A stretch of 64,000 nucleotides of DNA, taken from positions 4,246-68,245 of IMG/VR virus record IMGVR_UViG_3300029305_000349; one strand, 5' to 3'. Shown here piece by piece: positions 17,769 through 31,400 of this stretch. This DNA comes from a virus. The notes beneath the pieces are model-generated. The model worked only from the letters and a program-made list of their open reading frames with translations, was not told the origin of the DNA and searched no databases. Within the stretch, counting starts at the first letter, position 1, and every line of letters starts with the position of its first letter. Position numbers and translations under genes: made by a program.

Positions 17769-20700
17769 GTACAACTATTGATCAAAGAATAGTCGAGATG
17801 CGGTTCGATAATAAGCACTTCGAATCGAACGTTAGGACGACTATGTCGACTCTCGATAAACTCAAGCAGAGTTTGAACTTATCAGGCGCTACTAAAGGCA
17901 TGGAGAACATAAGCGCTTCTGCTAGACGAGTTGATCTGAGTCCACTCTCTTCAGCGGCGAATACAGTGGGTCTTAAATTTAACGCTATGTACACTATGGC
18001 AGACCAGGCGCTTCGCAACATCACGAATAGTGTTCAGCGTCACGCTACCAACATGGCAAAGGCTTTAACAATAGACCCGATCAGTTCCGGCTTCAGCGAA
18101 TATGAAACTAAGATGGGTTCGGTTCAGACCATCCTTGCTAATACTCAGAAAGAGGGTAAGACCCTCGAGGATGTAACAGCAGCACTGGATGATCTTAATA
18201 CATACGCAGATAAGACCATCTACAATTTCCAAGAGATGACTCGTAATATTGGTACGTTTACCGCAGCTGGTGTTAGCTTGGATAAATCGACCACTGCTAT
18301 TAAGGGTATCGCTAACTTAGCGGCGGTTTCTGGTTCTACGAGTCAACAGGCAAGTACTGCGATGTATCAGCTTTCTCAGGCATTGGCCGCTGGTAAAGTA
18401 TCCCTTATGGACTGGAACTCGGTTGTTAATGCGGGTATGGGTGGTCAGGTATTTCAAGACGCCTTGAAGCGGACTGCTAAGCAGATGGGTAAAGATGTTG
18501 ACGGAATGATTAAGAAGTATGGTTCGTTCCGCGAATCTCTTACCCAGGGCGAATGGCTTACTGCTGAAGTATTGACGGAGACACTTACTCAGTTATCCGG
18601 AGCGTATACCGAAGCGGATCTTATCGCTCAGGGTTACACTGAAAAACAGGCTAAGGAAATCACCAAGCTTGCTGAGACAGCTGTTAACGCAGCTACTGAG
18701 GTAAAGACATTCACTCAGTTATTCGACACTCTTAAGGAGTCTGCTCAGTCCGGTTGGGCTCAGACTTGGGAGCTCATCGTTGGTGATTTCGACGAATCTA
18801 AGAAGTTCTTTACAGGATTGTCTGATTTATTCGGCGGTATTATCAACAAATCTGCTGAAAGACGTAATAATCTCCTCAAAGGTGCACTTGGTGATCCGAC
18901 TGTTGGTAAAGACGACTGGGGGTCTGTAGTTGATATTTTCGGCAGCGATAAGAATGCGGTAAAGATTCTTCCCGAAGTAGCTAAGAAACACGGCGTAGAT
19001 ATTGACGGTTTAATTAAGAAATATGGAAATCTCAAAGAGTCACTGAAAGGCGGTTGGCTTACAGACGACATACTCGAGGAATCGTTCAAGACACTCGATA
19101 AAGGTGCGTCCAAAGCCGAAGAATATACGATTCAAAGCGGCGACACATTAACCAAAATCGCTAAAGCGTACGGTACAACAGTCGACGCGCTTGTGAAGTT
19201 GAACAACATCGAAAACCCAGACCTCATATACACGGGTGATGTTCTGAAGTTAAATGAGGCTCTTGGCGAGAGTAGCGAACTTACCGAAGAACAGAGAGCC
19301 GCATATAAGAAGTTAATGGAGGAGCTCAATAGACCATCCGGTCGTGAGTTACTCGTCGAAACATTCATGAATGTTGTTAAATCAGCGATTGCAGTTTGCT
19401 CTGCGCTCAGACAGGCATGGGTTGATATATTTCCACCAATGACTTCAGATAACCTGTACAACATTATCGAAGCTGTACATGGCTTTAGTGAAGAACTGAA
19501 GATGAGTGGTAAGACATCGGACAAACTTGTACGAGTGTTCAAGGGTGTGTTCGCGGTACTTGACATCATTGGTACAATTGCCGGTGGAGTTGTTAAAATC
19601 GGTTTCGAAACTCTTAACATATTACTCGACACGTTCGGTATGTCCGCACTTGATGCCGCTGTATATGTTGCCGATTTGCTTGTAGCACTTCGCGACTGGA
19701 TCGACGAACATAATATACTGGTCAAAGGGCTCAAAGTTATTATCCCCGCGATTGTAGATTTTGTTAAGTGGGTTTACAGTTTATGCAAGGCTTTATGGGA
19801 ACTTCCAGCAGTTCAAAATGGAATTTCAGAGGTTGGTACTGTACTCAAAGCTGTATTCGGAGGTATTGGCAAATACCTTAAGGGTGGATGGACAGAAATT
19901 AAGAAGTTCTTCGATGTGTTGACTTCGATCGATTCCTTCACTCCTGAAAATCTGTTAGAGGTATGGAAGTATTTTGTTGAAAATGTAATTGGGTATTTTA
20001 CCAATTTAGACAATTTAATGTCTCATATACCTCAGGATATTCTTGACGGATTTGCAAATGGATTCTTAGCTGGCGCTAACAAGGTTATATCGAAAGTTAT
20101 CGAATTTGTTAAGAGTTTCGTAACAGCAGTTCTTGAGTATCTCGGTATTCATTCGCCGTCAACTGTATTCTACGATATAGCATACAATTGTATACTGGGT
20201 CTTGTCGAAGGTCTTAAAGCCGGCGGCAGTATGGTTATCGATCTGGTAGTTACACTGTTTAATAAGATTGTAGATATCGTAAAAGAAGTCGACCTGAGTG
20301 CTATATTTGCAGCGGCGTTCGGTATCGGCATGTTTACGATTCTTAATAAGATAGGAAATGCTCTCGATGCTTTTGCGGCTCCGTTTGAAGGATTCGGTGA
20401 AGTGCTTGAGGAGGGCGGTGAAGCCATAGAGCGAGTATCCAAATCGTTCTCTGGTGCGTTGAAAGGTCTTCGTAATTCTCTTAACGCTAACGCGGTACAG
20501 AAGATAGCTATATCGATTGCTATTTTGGTGGGAGCGGTTATAGCTTTAACGTTTGTTGACGCCAGAGACGCTTGGAATGCTGTTGGAATCATAGTGGTAT
20601 TGATGGGAGTATTCGGTGTTCTGGTAATAGCAATCAACCAGATGAGTGAATCGTTGACTGCCGCTGAAAGTGCTGGTAAGGCTATTAACTTCGCTAGTAT

Positions 20701-23700
20701 TGGTATTATGTTACTGGCTTTAGCCGGAGCCGTGGCTATTCTCATGTATGTCGGTAAGAAAGTTTCTGAAATGACAATACCGCAAATGATACAGGGATTT
20801 GTAGGAGTAGGATTGCTAATCGGAGCAATGGCTGGAGTTCTTATTGTGCTCGGCAAATTTGTGAAGGGTAAAACTGCTCAGAACATTAATAAAATTGGCG
20901 GATTCATTTTTAAGTTTTCCATAGCACTCGGTCTGTTGGTTGGAGTGTGTAAACTTGCAGGTATGCTCGAATGGGCGGAAATGGGTAAAGCTGGCGCTAT
21001 AGCTGGTGCTATGGTTATTTTAATCGGAGCTTTCGCCGCTATACAGAAATTCGTAGGACCTGTAGGTAAAATCGGATCTACAATTCTTAAAATTTCATTT
21101 GCGATGCTCTTGCTCGTTGGTGTATGCAAATTAGCTGGCGGTCTTGAACCAGGCGAACTTCAAAATGGAGCCATAGTCGCGCTAATGGCAGTATCACTGG
21201 TATTCGCCTTGGCGATGATAAGCAAAGCGGGCGGTAATGAATTACCTAAATTAGGTGGTACTTTACTGGGTATTTCCATAGCAATGGGATTACTCGTTGG
21301 TGTATGTAAACTGGCGGGTATGCTGGAGCTTGGAGATATTGGAAAAGGCGCTTTAGTTGCTGCTGGCGTGATGGCTATGGTTTGGGGATTAGCCTTGATA
21401 AGTAAGAAGTATGGTTCTGAGATACCAAAAGTAGGTTTAACGTTAATCGCTATATCGTTGGCTGTCGGCATACTTGCAGCCGTATGTATACTTATGGGTG
21501 CTTTGAAAAAAGAACACCTCACTAAAGGTCTTGTAGTTGTAGGTTTGCTCAGTCTGTTTGTGATGGGTATGATTGCGGCAACACGAAAAGCTAAAAATAT
21601 TAAGGGTAGCATTATTGCGATGTCTGTAGCTATTGGTATAATGGCGGCGTCGTTAGCGTTGTTGTCAATGCTTGACCCGACTAAATTGATCGGTCCGACA
21701 ATAGCAATGGGTACTTTAATGTATATGTTTAGCACCATGATTAAAGCTACTAAGAAGGCTAAATCATGTCTCGGCAATCTTATAGTTATGACCACGGCGA
21801 TTGCGGTTATAGCGGGTGCTTTATATTTATTGTCTGGAGTGGACCCAGGCGATTTGCTCGGTGCATCTGTGGCTTTATCGATGCTTATGGGCATGTTCTC
21901 AGTAATGGGTAAGTCTCTAAAAGGAACTCCTATAAACATTGTAAGTTTACTCGGTATGGTCGTAGTGATTGGACTGTTAGCCGGAATAGTAGCGCTGCTT
22001 GCACAGATCGATACTAGTAAAGCGCTAATTGGCGTAGTCGGTATCTCGGCATTAGTCTTGACAATGTCTGTAGCTCTAAAAGCATTAAGTCTCATCGGAC
22101 CAACCGCGATATCGGGTGTTGTTGCTTTAGGTGCTATTACGATAGTGGTTCTCGCATTAGTCGGTGTTCTTGCGTTATTACAGCTCATCAAGACAGACGG
22201 ACTTCTTGAGAAAGTAACGGCAATTTCAGTTATGCTATTAGCAATGTCTGGTGCTTTGGGTATATTAACACTCATAGGTATGGCCGGTCCTGCTTCCTTT
22301 GTCGGTATCGGTGCATTAGCAACTATGATTGTCGGTATCGGCGGTATTATCGCTGCTATTGGCGCTTTAGTTACCGAATTTCCTCAGTTACAGGAGTTTC
22401 TTAATACCGGTATACCTGTTATCGAACAGATAGGCACGGCAATAGGCTCGTTCTTTGGTAATATTGTATCTGGATTCGCAACTGGAGTATCTTCTGGTTT
22501 ACCGCAGATAGGTACAGACTTGTCAACATTCATGACTAACCTTCAGCCGTTTATTGACGGAGCTAAGACTATTGATGCTACAGCTCTCGACGGTGTTAAG
22601 TCTTTAGTTGAAATGATGATTGCGATATCAGCAGCGAGTGTGCTTGAGAATATTGCATCTTTCATTACTGGAACATCTTCGATTGAAACGTTCTCCACTC
22701 AGTTAGATTCCTTTGCAGATGCGATTGTATCGTTCTCGAATAAAGTAAATGGAACCGTCAATGCAGAAGCTGTTACTGCAGCAGCTAATTGTGGTTTATT
22801 ACTCGCGGAGGTTAATAACGCAATTCCATCGTCAGGTGGTTTATGGCAGTTACTAGCGGGCGAGAAAGACTTAGGCGAGTTTAGTTCTCAGTTGCAATCA
22901 TTCGCTAACGCAATCGTAAGTTTCTCTGGCACGGTGTCTGGTAATGTTGACGAAGGTGCTGTTACTGCGGCCGCAAACGCAGGTCTTGTGATGGCTGAGA
23001 TGACCAAAGAAATGCCAAGTACTGGTGGTTTACTTCAGTGGATTACTGGTGAGAAAGACTTGACTGGTTTCTCATCTCAATTAACATCTTTCGGCACAGC
23101 CATTGTAGGATTCTCCCAGACTGTGGCTGGTAATATCGACGAAGGCGCTGTAACTGCAGCGGCTAATGCTGGCGAAATCATGATCGCCATGACTAAGGAA
23201 TTACCGTCTACCGGCGGTGTTCTCCAGTGGATACTTGGCGAGAAAGATTTAACATCATTCAGTTCGCAGTTAACCGCATTTGGTTCAGCTATCGTGGAAT
23301 TCTCTAAGACAGTAAGCGACGGTGGAGTTAGCGAAGAGGCAGTCACTGCGGCTGCTAATGCTGGCGAAATCATGATCGCTATGGCTAAAGAGATTCCGAA
23401 TACTGGTGGACTTCTCGGGTGGATCATGGGCGATAACGACATGGAGACCTTTGCTTCACAGATGAAAGCGTTTGGCGAGGCTATTGTTGAGTTCTCAGAA
23501 ACCGTCGACGGTAACGTTAGTTCTGAGGCTGTAACAGCAGCGGCTAATGCGGGTCTTGTAATGGCTGAGATTCAGAAATCCATACCGGAAGAAAAATGGT
23601 TCGATGGTAAGATGTCACTCGACGAGTTTGGTAAGAAGATCAAATCGTTTGGTAAATCTATTGCCGGATATGCTGACGAGGTGTCGGAAATAGATGTGAC

Positions 23701-24889
23701 TACGTTAGAGGCATCAGTTAGTGCCGCAAGCCTAATCACCACGATTGCTAAGAAAGCAGCCGAAATAGATCCTGACGAAGTTGGTAACCTTGCCGATGCG
23801 ATTGATGAAATAAGTAGTATTGACTATGAATCTTTATCAGCAATTGGCGACATCGATCTAACATCTGTAAGTTCGACATTGACTTCGCTAAAAGCACTGT
23901 GCTCGGATATTTCTGGTGTAGATTCGACTGTAGTGTCAACATTCGTAGATGCGATTAACGAGCTCGGCGACATTGATATTTCGGGTATTACCGGTAACGG
24001 TGCCGAGGTTGCTAATGGATTTATAACCGGATTCGCAGATGCGTTATCTAGTGGAACACAGAAGATACGAATAATGTTTAATCTTCTGTTTATATCCATA
24101 ACAACTGCGGTTAGCTCTAAGAAACAGATATTCAACACTATGGGTATACATCTTATCAATAGTCTTATCTCGGGTATGACTAAGATGGGTGTTAGAGTAC
24201 CAGCTACCATGACTCGCATTCTGTCGTCAACTGTATCTACATTCCACTCTTACTATCCGAGGTTCTATTCTGCGGGAGCATATCTTGTAGAAGGATTTGC
24301 GAATGGTATTAGTGCGAATACATATAAAGCAGCAGCCCGAGCCGCGGCTATGGCAAGTGCGGCTGAAAGAGCTGCAAAAGCACAACTTAAAGAGCATTCA
24401 CCATCAAAGGCTTTCTACGACATCGGCGATTATGCAGGTCTTGGCTTCGTAAATGCATTATACGACTATGCGTCTATTGCATACAAAGCTGGTTCCGGTA
24501 TGGCTGAATATGCTCAGAAGGGACTTAGTGGCGCTATTGCTAGAATTGGCGATCTCGTAAACTCTGGTATGGATGCTCAACCTACGATTGCTCCAGTACT
24601 CGACTTAAGTAACGTTGAGAACGGTGTCGGGGCTATCAACGGTCTGTTTGCGAACGGTCCGTCTATCGGTCTCATGACAAACCTTGACGCGATCAGTTAC
24701 GGTCGTGCTCGTGCGGTTCAAAATGGAGCTAACGACGATGTCGTCTCTGCAATTGAAAAGCTCAGTGGTATGATGGGTACCGGTGGAGATACTTATCAGA
24801 TTAACGGAATTACCTATAGCTCTGGTACAGAAGTAGCAGATGCAATTCAGACACTCGTAAGAGCAGCAAGAATAGAAGGGAGAAAGTAA
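17765..24889 (+). CDS. tape measure protein with internal LysM domain
   Basis: 2374 aa; tape-measure domain [16 protein letters not shown]; many transmembrane-like segments; Lys[36 protein letters not shown]. Confidence 0.95.
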   Translation: MSTTIDQRIVEMRFDNKHFESNVRTTMSTLDKLKQSLNLSGATKGMENISASARRVDLSPLSSAANTVGLKFNAMYTMADQALRNITNSVQRHATNMAKALTIDPISSGFSEYETKMGSVQTILANTQKEGKTLEDVTAALDDLNTYADKTIYNFQEMTRNIGTFTAAGVSLDKSTTAIKGIANLAAVSGSTSQQASTAMYQLSQALAAGKVSLMDWNSVVNAGMGGQVFQDALKRTAKQMGKDVDGMIKKYGSFRESLTQGEWLTAEVLTETLTQLSGAYTEADLIAQGYTEKQAKEITKLAETAVNAATEVKTFTQLFDTLKESAQSGWAQTWELIVGDFDESKKFFTGLSDLFGGIINKSAERRNNLLKGALGDPTVGKDDWGSVVDIFGSDKNAVKILPEVAKKHGVDIDGLIKKYGNLKESLKGGWLTDDILEESFKTLDKGASKAEEYTIQSGDTLTKIAKAYGTTVDALVKLNNIENPDLIYTGDVLKLNEALGESSELTEEQRAAYKKLMEELNRPSGRELLVETFMNVVKSAIAVCSALRQAWVDIFPPMTSDNLYNIIEAVHGFSEELKMSGKTSDKLVRVFKGVFAVLDIIGTIAGGVVKIGFETLNILLDTFGMSALDAAVYVADLLVALRDWIDEHNILVKGLKVIIPAIVDFVKWVYSLCKALWELPAVQNGISEVGTVLKAVFGGIGKYLKGGWTEIKKFFDVLTSIDSFTPENLLEVWKYFVENVIGYFTNLDNLMSHIPQDILDGFANGFLAGANKVISKVIEFVKSFVTAVLEYLGIHSPSTVFYDIAYNCILGLVEGLKAGGSMVIDLVVTLFNKIVDIVKEVDLSAIFAAAFGIGMFTILNKIGNALDAFAAPFEGFGEVLEEGGEAIERVSKSFSGALKGLRNSLNANAVQKIAISIAILVGAVIALTFVDARDAWNAVGIIVVLMGVFGVLVIAINQMSESLTAAESAGKAINFASIGIMLLALAGAVAILMYVGKKVSEMTIPQMIQGFVGVGLLIGAMAGVLIVLGKFVKGKTAQNINKIGGFIFKFSIALGLLVGVCKLAGMLEWAEMGKAGAIAGAMVILIGAFAAIQKFVGPVGKIGSTILKISFAMLLLVGVCKLAGGLEPGELQNGAIVALMAVSLVFALAMISKAGGNELPKLGGTLLGISIAMGLLVGVCKLAGMLELGDIGKGALVAAGVMAMVWGLALISKKYGSEIPKVGLTLIAISLAVGILAAVCILMGALKKEHLTKGLVVVGLLSLFVMGMIAATRKAKNIKGSIIAMSVAIGIMAASLALLSMLDPTKLIGPTIAMGTLMYMFSTMIKATKKAKSCLGNLIVMTTAIAVIAGALYLLSGVDPGDLLGASVALSMLMGMFSVMGKSLKGTPINIVSLLGMVVVIGLLAGIVALLAQIDTSKALIGVVGISALVLTMSVALKALSLIGPTAISGVVALGAITIVVLALVGVLALLQLIKTDGLLEKVTAISVMLLAMSGALGILTLIGMAGPASFVGIGALATMIVGIGGIIAAIGALVTEFPQLQEFLNTGIPVIEQIGTAIGSFFGNIVSGFATGVSSGLPQIGTDLSTFMTNLQPFIDGAKTIDATALDGVKSLVEMMIAISAASVLENIASFITGTSSIETFSTQLDSFADAIVSFSNKVNGTVNAEAVTAAANCGLLLAEVNNAIPSSGGLWQLLAGEKDLGEFSSQLQSFANAIVSFSGTVSGNVDEGAVTAAANAGLVMAEMTKEMPSTGGLLQWITGEKDLTGFSSQLTSFGTAIVGFSQTVAGNIDEGAVTAAANAGEIMIAMTKELPSTGGVLQWILGEKDLTSFSSQLTAFGSAIVEFSKTVSDGGVSEEAVTAAANAGEIMIAMAKEIPNTGGLLGWIMGDNDMETFASQMKAFGEAIVEFSETVDGNVSSEAVTAAANAGLVMAEIQKSIPEEKWFDGKMSLDEFGKKIKSFGKSIAGYADEVSEIDVTTLEASVSAASLITTIAKKAAEIDPDEVGNLADAIDEISSIDYESLSAIGDIDLTSVSSTLTSLKALCSDISGVDSTVVSTFVDAINELGDIDISGITGNGAEVANGFITGFADALSSGTQKIRIMFNLLFISITTAVSSKKQIFNTMGIHLINSLISGMTKMGVRVPATMTRILSSTVSTFHSYYPRFYSAGAYLVEGFANGISANTYKAAARAAAMASAAERAAKAQLKEHSPSKAFYDIGDYAGLGFVNALYDYASIAYKAGSGMAEYAQKGLSGAIARIGDLVNSGMDAQPTIAPVLDLSNVENGVGAINGLFANGPSIGLMTNLDAISYGRARAVQNGANDDVVSAIEKLSGMMGTGGDTYQINGITYSSGTEVADAIQTLVRAARIEGRK
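22690..23690 (+). repeat. ~60-aa internal repeats in the tape measure protein
   Basis: Five copies of AVTAAANxG...GGLLQW..GEKDL..FSSQL..FG. Confidence 0.75.
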
Positions 24890-24892
24890 CGA

Positions 24893-27370
24893 ATGGCTAC
24901 CACATACACTGTGAAAAAAGGAGATACTCTCTCCCAGATCGCAACTACTTATGCTTCGTCTATTTCTGGCAGTACGCTTAACGAAAGGATTAATACCCTT
25001 GTTAAGTTGAATAATATTTCGAATAGGGACTTGATCTATGTAGGTCAGGTCCTTAAACTGTCAGGAACTGCGGATTCAGTTAAACCCAATACGAGTTCTA
25101 TGGCTACGGTAACTGCTTTTGGTTTCCAGTCGAATAGCGACAACACTCTGTTTGCTATTTGGACTTGGGATAAGAGTAATACCAATAACTATCAGGTTCG
25201 ATGGTATTATGCTACCGGAGATGGATATTGGTTTATCGGTACCGATAGCACTGTCGATTTGAAGCAGGCTACTTACAACATACCTTCGAATGCCACAAAG
25301 GTTAAGTTCTTTGTAAAACCTATCTCTAAGACTTATACGTCGAACAATAAAGAAGTTTCTTACTGGACTGCGAATTGGTCTACGGAGAAGATTTACAATG
25401 TAAGTGATAACCCTCCTAAAGAGCCATCAACTCCAAGTCTGGATGTAGAAGGGAACACTTTAACAGTACGAGTTGACAATCAGGATTTGAATGCTGAAGG
25501 TATTCAGTTCCAGATTGTTAAAAACGATTCGACTGTTTATAAGACTGGTAAAGCTAAACTTATAACCAGTTCTGCAGTTTACTCTTGTACTCTTGCGTCT
25601 GGTTCCGAGTATAAAGTGCGTGCTCGATCTTATCGTGGCGACCAGTATAGTGGCTGGTCCGATTACTCGAGTAATGTTAAACCCGTTCCTGCTAAACCTG
25701 CGAATATTACATCTCTTAAGGCTACGTCTGAAACCTCAATCCGAATCGAATGGTCTGAAGCTGTTGGAGCTGAAACTTACGAGATCGAATATACGACTAA
25801 ACAGGAATACTTCGATGGTTCTGATCAAGTAACATCACAGTCGGGTATTAAAACTACCTACTACGAGAAAACCGGTCTTGAAACTGGACAGAAATATTAC
25901 TTTAGAGTTCGTGCTGTAAATAGTGAAGGCGAATCAGCGTGGACTGCGGTCAAAATGGTTACGATTGGTGATGAACCAGCGGCACCTACTACTTGGTCAT
26001 CCACCACAACAGCTATTACTGGCGAGGCTCTGAATTTATATTGGGTACATAATGCGTCAGATTCGTCAAGTCAGACTTATGCAGAACTCGAATTAACGAT
26101 CGATGGGGTGAAAGAGACCTACACGATTAAGAATTCGGAAGATGAGGACGAGAAAGACAAGACCAGCGTATACTCAATAGACACGTCTAAATATTCAGAA
26201 GGAAGTAAGATATTATGGCGTGTACGTACAGCCGGTGTAACTCTGGCTTACGGCGATTGGTCTATACAGAGAACAGTTGATATTTACGCTCGACCAACAT
26301 TAACACTTCGAGTAACCGATGCTGATGGAACTGAATTATCGACACTCACCTCATTCCCGATTTATATTTCAGGTCTGGCTGGACCAAGTACTCAGGAACC
26401 TATCGGTTATCATTTAACTGTGGTAGCTAACGAGGCTTATGAGACAGTCGACCAGATCGGAAATACAAATCAGATAAATGCTGGTGAAGTTATATATTCA
26501 AAACATTTCGACACTACTGACCAGTTAGTGGTGGAACTGTCAGCTGGCGAAATCGATTTAGAGAACAACATAAGTTATACGATTAACTGCGTTGTTTCTA
26601 TGAATTCCGGTTTGACAGCAACGGATTCCTCGGACTTCAAAGTAGCATGGACCGATGTAGAATACGAACCAAACGCCTCGATTGTGTATGACAAAGATAT
26701 TTACGTTACACATATACGACCGTACTGCGAAGACAACGATGGTAACCCAATAGAAGGTATGACACTGTCTGTGTATCGTAGAGAGTTCGACGGCGCGTTT
26801 ACTGAACTGGCTAAAGGTCTTCCGAATGGTAATAACACATTTGTAACCGACCCGCACCCAGCTCTCGATTTCGCTCGTTACAGAATCGTAGCGATTGACG
26901 ATGCTACCGGTGCTGTAAGTTACTGTGATATTCCAGCGGTTGCGATCGGTGAAACAGCGATTATTATTCAGTGGGATGAAGATTGGAGTAATTTCGATTC
27001 CGATAGCGAGGATGCTCTGGTTAGCCCACCGTGGTCTGGATCGTTATTACGACTGCCATACAATGTCGATGTATCCGAGAGTACAAATCAAGATACGGAA
27101 TTGGTCGAGTACATTGGTCGTAAGTACCCGGTCGCATACTACGGTACACAACTCGGTTATGCGGCTACATGGAACGCTGTGATTCCGTATAACGACGAGG
27201 AAACTCTGTACGGGTTACGTCGTTTGGCTAATTGGATGGGCGACGTGTATATCAGAGAACCATCCGGAACTGGGTATTGGGCTAATGTTGGGGTATCTTT
27301 CAGTCAGAAACATCTCGATTTGACAATTCCGGTTCAGTTAAGTATTACACGAGTAGAAGGAGGTGCATGA
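24893..27370 (+). CDS. minor tail protein with N-terminal LysM and fibronectin-III domains
   Basis: YTVKKGDTLSQIA LysM; FN3 motifs YKVRARS and YYFRVRAVNSEGESAW. Confidence 0.8.
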   Translation: MATTYTVKKGDTLSQIATTYASSISGSTLNERINTLVKLNNISNRDLIYVGQVLKLSGTADSVKPNTSSMATVTAFGFQSNSDNTLFAIWTWDKSNTNNYQVRWYYATGDGYWFIGTDSTVDLKQATYNIPSNATKVKFFVKPISKTYTSNNKEVSYWTANWSTEKIYNVSDNPPKEPSTPSLDVEGNTLTVRVDNQDLNAEGIQFQIVKNDSTVYKTGKAKLITSSAVYSCTLASGSEYKVRARSYRGDQYSGWSDYSSNVKPVPAKPANITSLKATSETSIRIEWSEAVGAETYEIEYTTKQEYFDGSDQVTSQSGIKTTYYEKTGLETGQKYYFRVRAVNSEGESAWTAVKMVTIGDEPAAPTTWSSTTTAITGEALNLYWVHNASDSSSQTYAELELTIDGVKETYTIKNSEDEDEKDKTSVYSIDTSKYSEGSKILWRVRTAGVTLAYGDWSIQRTVDIYARPTLTLRVTDADGTELSTLTSFPIYISGLAGPSTQEPIGYHLTVVANEAYETVDQIGNTNQINAGEVIYSKHFDTTDQLVVELSAGEIDLENNISYTINCVVSMNSGLTATDSSDFKVAWTDVEYEPNASIVYDKDIYVTHIRPYCEDNDGNPIEGMTLSVYRREFDGAFTELAKGLPNGNNTFVTDPHPALDFARYRIVAIDDATGAVSYCDIPAVAIGETAIIIQWDEDWSNFDSDSEDALVSPPWSGSLLRLPYNVDVSESTNQDTELVEYIGRKYPVAYYGTQLGYAATWNAVIPYNDEETLYGLRRLANWMGDVYIREPSGTGYWANVGVSFSQKHLDLTIPVQLSITRVEGGA

Positions 27371-27371
27371 T

Positions 27372-28430
27372 ATGGCTGATTGGACTAAGTCTATGCAGCA
27401 AACATTCGAGTATTACACGGTCGATCCGGATACTTGGAAAGATGTCGATTTACTTACGAATGTGAAATCATGCACAATCGATCGTGATTTGGAAGCTGAG
27501 ACTCTTGGTTCCGCTACGATCGACGTTACTGAAACTGTCGGGGAATGTTACATACGAGTGTATCTCAAAACAATTCAAAATGGAATTACCGAGAAACACC
27601 CGTTAGGTACATTCCTCGTACAGACACCATCTTCGCCGTTCAACGGTAAGGTTCGTAATGTCTCTATGGACTGCTATACTCCGTTACTCGAGGCGAAGGA
27701 GAAACAACCATCCCTTGGATATTCTATTCTCAAGGGCGCCAACATCATGGATAACGTATTTCAGTTGGTTGATGAAGCAGTACGAGCTCCGGTTGTACCA
27801 GCTACTTGCGATAAGACACTTCACGACGACTTCGTAGCAAATGAACAGGACACTTGGTTGATATTTAACGCGGATCTTATGGCTAACGCTAATTATAGAT
27901 TTGACCTGGACGAATTAGGTCGAGTGTTATTTGCTCCGAATCAGAAAATAGAATCTCTACAACCAGTTTGGACGTATACTGACGACAATAGCTCCATCTT
28001 ATATTCTGATGTGACTACTGAACATGACTTATACGGCATTCCGAATGTTGTGGAGGTTTTATATTCTAGTGGTAATACGACTTACTATGCGAAGGTAGTG
28101 AACGACGACCCTGATAGTCCGACTTCTACTATTAGACGAGGTAGGGAGATTACTTATAGAATTAACAATCCGGATTTGTACGGAGAACCAGATCAAGATC
28201 AAATCGACGAATATGCGATTCGTGTTATGAAGGAATTATCATCGGTAGAGTATTCCGTTAGCTACAAACACGCTTATTGTCCGGTTCGTATTGGTGACTG
28301 TGTACGTATCAATTACGAGAGAGCTGGATTATTTGATGTGAAGGCTAAAGTTATATCTCAGTCGATTACTTGTAAGCCGGGATGTCCGGTAAGTGAAAAA
28401 GCGGTATTTACTGTTAAATTATGGGGGTGA
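27372..28430 (+). CDS. minor tail/baseplate hub protein
   Basis: Position; PLGTFLV, IPNVVEV, SPTSTIRRGREI, PVRIGDCV. Confidence 0.65.
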   Translation: MADWTKSMQQTFEYYTVDPDTWKDVDLLTNVKSCTIDRDLEAETLGSATIDVTETVGECYIRVYLKTIQNGITEKHPLGTFLVQTPSSPFNGKVRNVSMDCYTPLLEAKEKQPSLGYSILKGANIMDNVFQLVDEAVRAPVVPATCDKTLHDDFVANEQDTWLIFNADLMANANYRFDLDELGRVLFAPNQKIESLQPVWTYTDDNSSILYSDVTTEHDLYGIPNVVEVLYSSGNTTYYAKVVNDDPDSPTSTIRRGREITYRINNPDLYGEPDQDQIDEYAIRVMKELSSVEYSVSYKHAYCPVRIGDCVRINYERAGLFDVKAKVISQSITCKPGCPVSEKAVFTVKLWG

Positions 28431-28435
28431 GAACT

Positions 28436-31400
28436 ATGGGTTTATCTAGCGATTTGATATCTCAGTTCGCTAAGGTTACGACAAGCAATAAAGAAAAGAA
28501 ACCTACCGAGTCTACGTTATTTGGTACAGCTGTCGAGTATGACGGCAAAATGTACGTTAAACTTGACGGTTCGGAATTATTGACTCCGGTTTCTACAACA
28601 ACTTCGGTCGAGGATGGCGAGCGAGTTACCGTATTGCTGAAAAATCATAACGCTACCGTAACTGGTAACTTATCATCCCCTGCTGTGCGAAAAGACACAG
28701 TTGATAAAATCGATGGAAAAGTCGAAGAGATCGGTAATCAGATAACCGAGTTCGAGATAGTGGTAGCTGATAAGGTAAGCACTACCGAATTAGATGCTGA
28801 ACGGGCTCGTATAGAAACATTGATTGCTGAGGACGTCACAATCAGAGGGTTGATATCGGCGAATGAGGCTCTGATAAAGGAACTTGAAGCGGAGAACGCT
28901 ACGATTACTGGTAAACTCGAAGTTAATGAAGCAGAGATCGAGAACTTACAGGCTAATAAGCTCGAGGTTACGATCGCAAATGCTACGTACGCTACGATTA
29001 AGGAATTGGAAGCTACTAACGCTGATATTCATAACTTGGAAGCCGATTACGGCGAATTTGCAGATTTGACAGCTCAGAGATTTTCTGCTATCGATGCTGA
29101 TTTCAAGAATCTCGATTCGGTATATGCGACTATCACTCAGTTAGCGGCAGAACAGGCCCGTATCGATTTTCTCGAAACAAATTCCTTAACGGCTGATAGC
29201 GCGGTTATTAAGAACCTACAGACCGATGTGGCCGATATCGACACATTGATATTCGGTTCCGCAAGTGGTTCTGTAATTCAAACTTCATTCGCTAACGCTG
29301 TAATTGCTCAGTTGGGTAATGCTCAGATTAAATCAGCAATGATCGAAAATCTGAGTGCGAGTAAGATTACTTCTGGCGACATTATTACCAATAACGTACG
29401 AGTCTTATCCGAGGATGGTAAGTTATTGATATCTGATGAGACGATTCAGATCAGCGACGATACTCGAGTAAGAGTACAGATTGGTAAGGATGCCGATAAC
29501 GATTACTCGATTAATATTTGGGATGCTGACGGAAAACTCATGTTCAGCGAGGGCGGTATAACGGATAGTGCGATCAAAGAGGCTATTATTCGTAACGACA
29601 TGGTCAGTGATACCGCTAACATTTCTGCTCATAAGCTTGATATTTCAAGTTTGTTTGAGGAGATTAATGGTAGTACACATACGATCAAGTCGAGTAAGAT
29701 TTACCTCAGCGATCAGGAGCAGACTCTTAATGTGGCTTTCACTTCGATGATTACCGATTTGGAAGATTTAGAGGGAACTGTCACATCACAGGGTACCGAA
29801 TTGAGTGTGGTTCAGGGACAGATCGCAAGTAAGATTTGGAAGGAAGATATTGATGCTGTTAGTGGCGGTGCGTCGACTAAGTTTACCGAAATCGAACAGG
29901 AATTAGATTCGTTATCGGCTACGGTTGCAGAACATACCACTACGATCGGTAACAAGGCTGATTCAAGTGAAGTGACTGAAGTTAGCGATAAGGTGAGTGC
30001 TGTAGAATTGAGTCTCAATGGGTTCAAGTCTACCGTAAGCTCTACCTACGCTACAAAGACCGACTTGTCTGCTCTCACTACTCGAGTTAGTACTGCTGAA
30101 TCGGAAATCGATCAAAATGCAGATGCCATAGCGTTAAGAGTGACTAAGACTGAGATGGATAACACTCTAGCTGGATATTCTACGACTTCTGAAATGAACG
30201 CCGCTATCGAATTGAAAGCTGACGAGATTAATTCTTCGGTGGCGAGTATTTATGCAACTCAAACAGAACTTGCAAGTGTTGAAGATAAAACTGACAACGC
30301 TCAGAGTGACATCGATAATTTGGAGATTGGTGGTAGGAACTTGATAATTCTATCCACCATAATCGATGCTTATCGTTTAGGCGGTAATGGAGAGACATTC
30401 GGTTCACCGTATTCCAGCGTCACCAGTCACATATCGACTCGGTCTGAAAAGTATGTAACGTTAACCGTGTATACAGTTTACAAACAGTACGAAGTCGATA
30501 CGTATTTTCAGTTGGGATTCTATACCGAAGATGGGACTTTTATTTCTAGGCCGTTGATGACCGAAGCAAATGTGTCCGAGGAGCGTTCATCGTGGACTCT
30601 GGAAATACCATCTAACGCATCGTCAATGAGGGTGTCTTTTCCAACCTCGATCAAAAACAAGGTTAAACTTGAATATGGTAATCGAGCAACCGACTGGTCA
30701 CCGGCGCCTGAAGATATCTCAGAAGAGGTAAACAAACTTGAAACCAGAGTCACGACTGCTGAGACTAACATTACTCAGAACACCGAACAAATCGCATTGC
30801 GAGCTACCAAAACCGAATTAACAACCGTTCAGACTCAGGCTGCGAATGCTCAAAATGCGGCTGATGCGGCTCAGACCAGTGTTGATACTCTTGAAATCGG
30901 CGGTCGAAATTATTATAAGTCGACGAGTGCTATAACACAGCTTACTCAAGGTGAATATACTGATTCCGAAGGTAATGTGACATATCACGACGTTATAATT
31001 ACTCGTCCGCACGACGATTGTCCTAATGGTTTCCATATAACAGGTGCTCGAGTGTTGGGTAGTAATATGGGATCTATACGAATTCATGACGTTATAAATG
31101 GGGATGGCGACTGGACTGTTTCTTTCTGGATTCGCGGTTCGCAGTCCGTAGCAGTTCGTTTGTATGTTGATATTTGCGATAGTACACCGGTAGCAGTTCT
31201 CACCAATTCAGACAATTCTTGGAAAAGAGTAGAGATTACTGCGACTGTTAGTAACTACGAGGAAACTAGATATAATTTCGTCGATTTCAGTAGAATAGAT
31301 TGGGCTTATTTCTACATCAAAGACTTGAAAATCGAGAAAGGTAATCGTGCTACCGACTGGACTCCGGCTCCAGAAGATGTGGAGGACAAAATCGACAACA

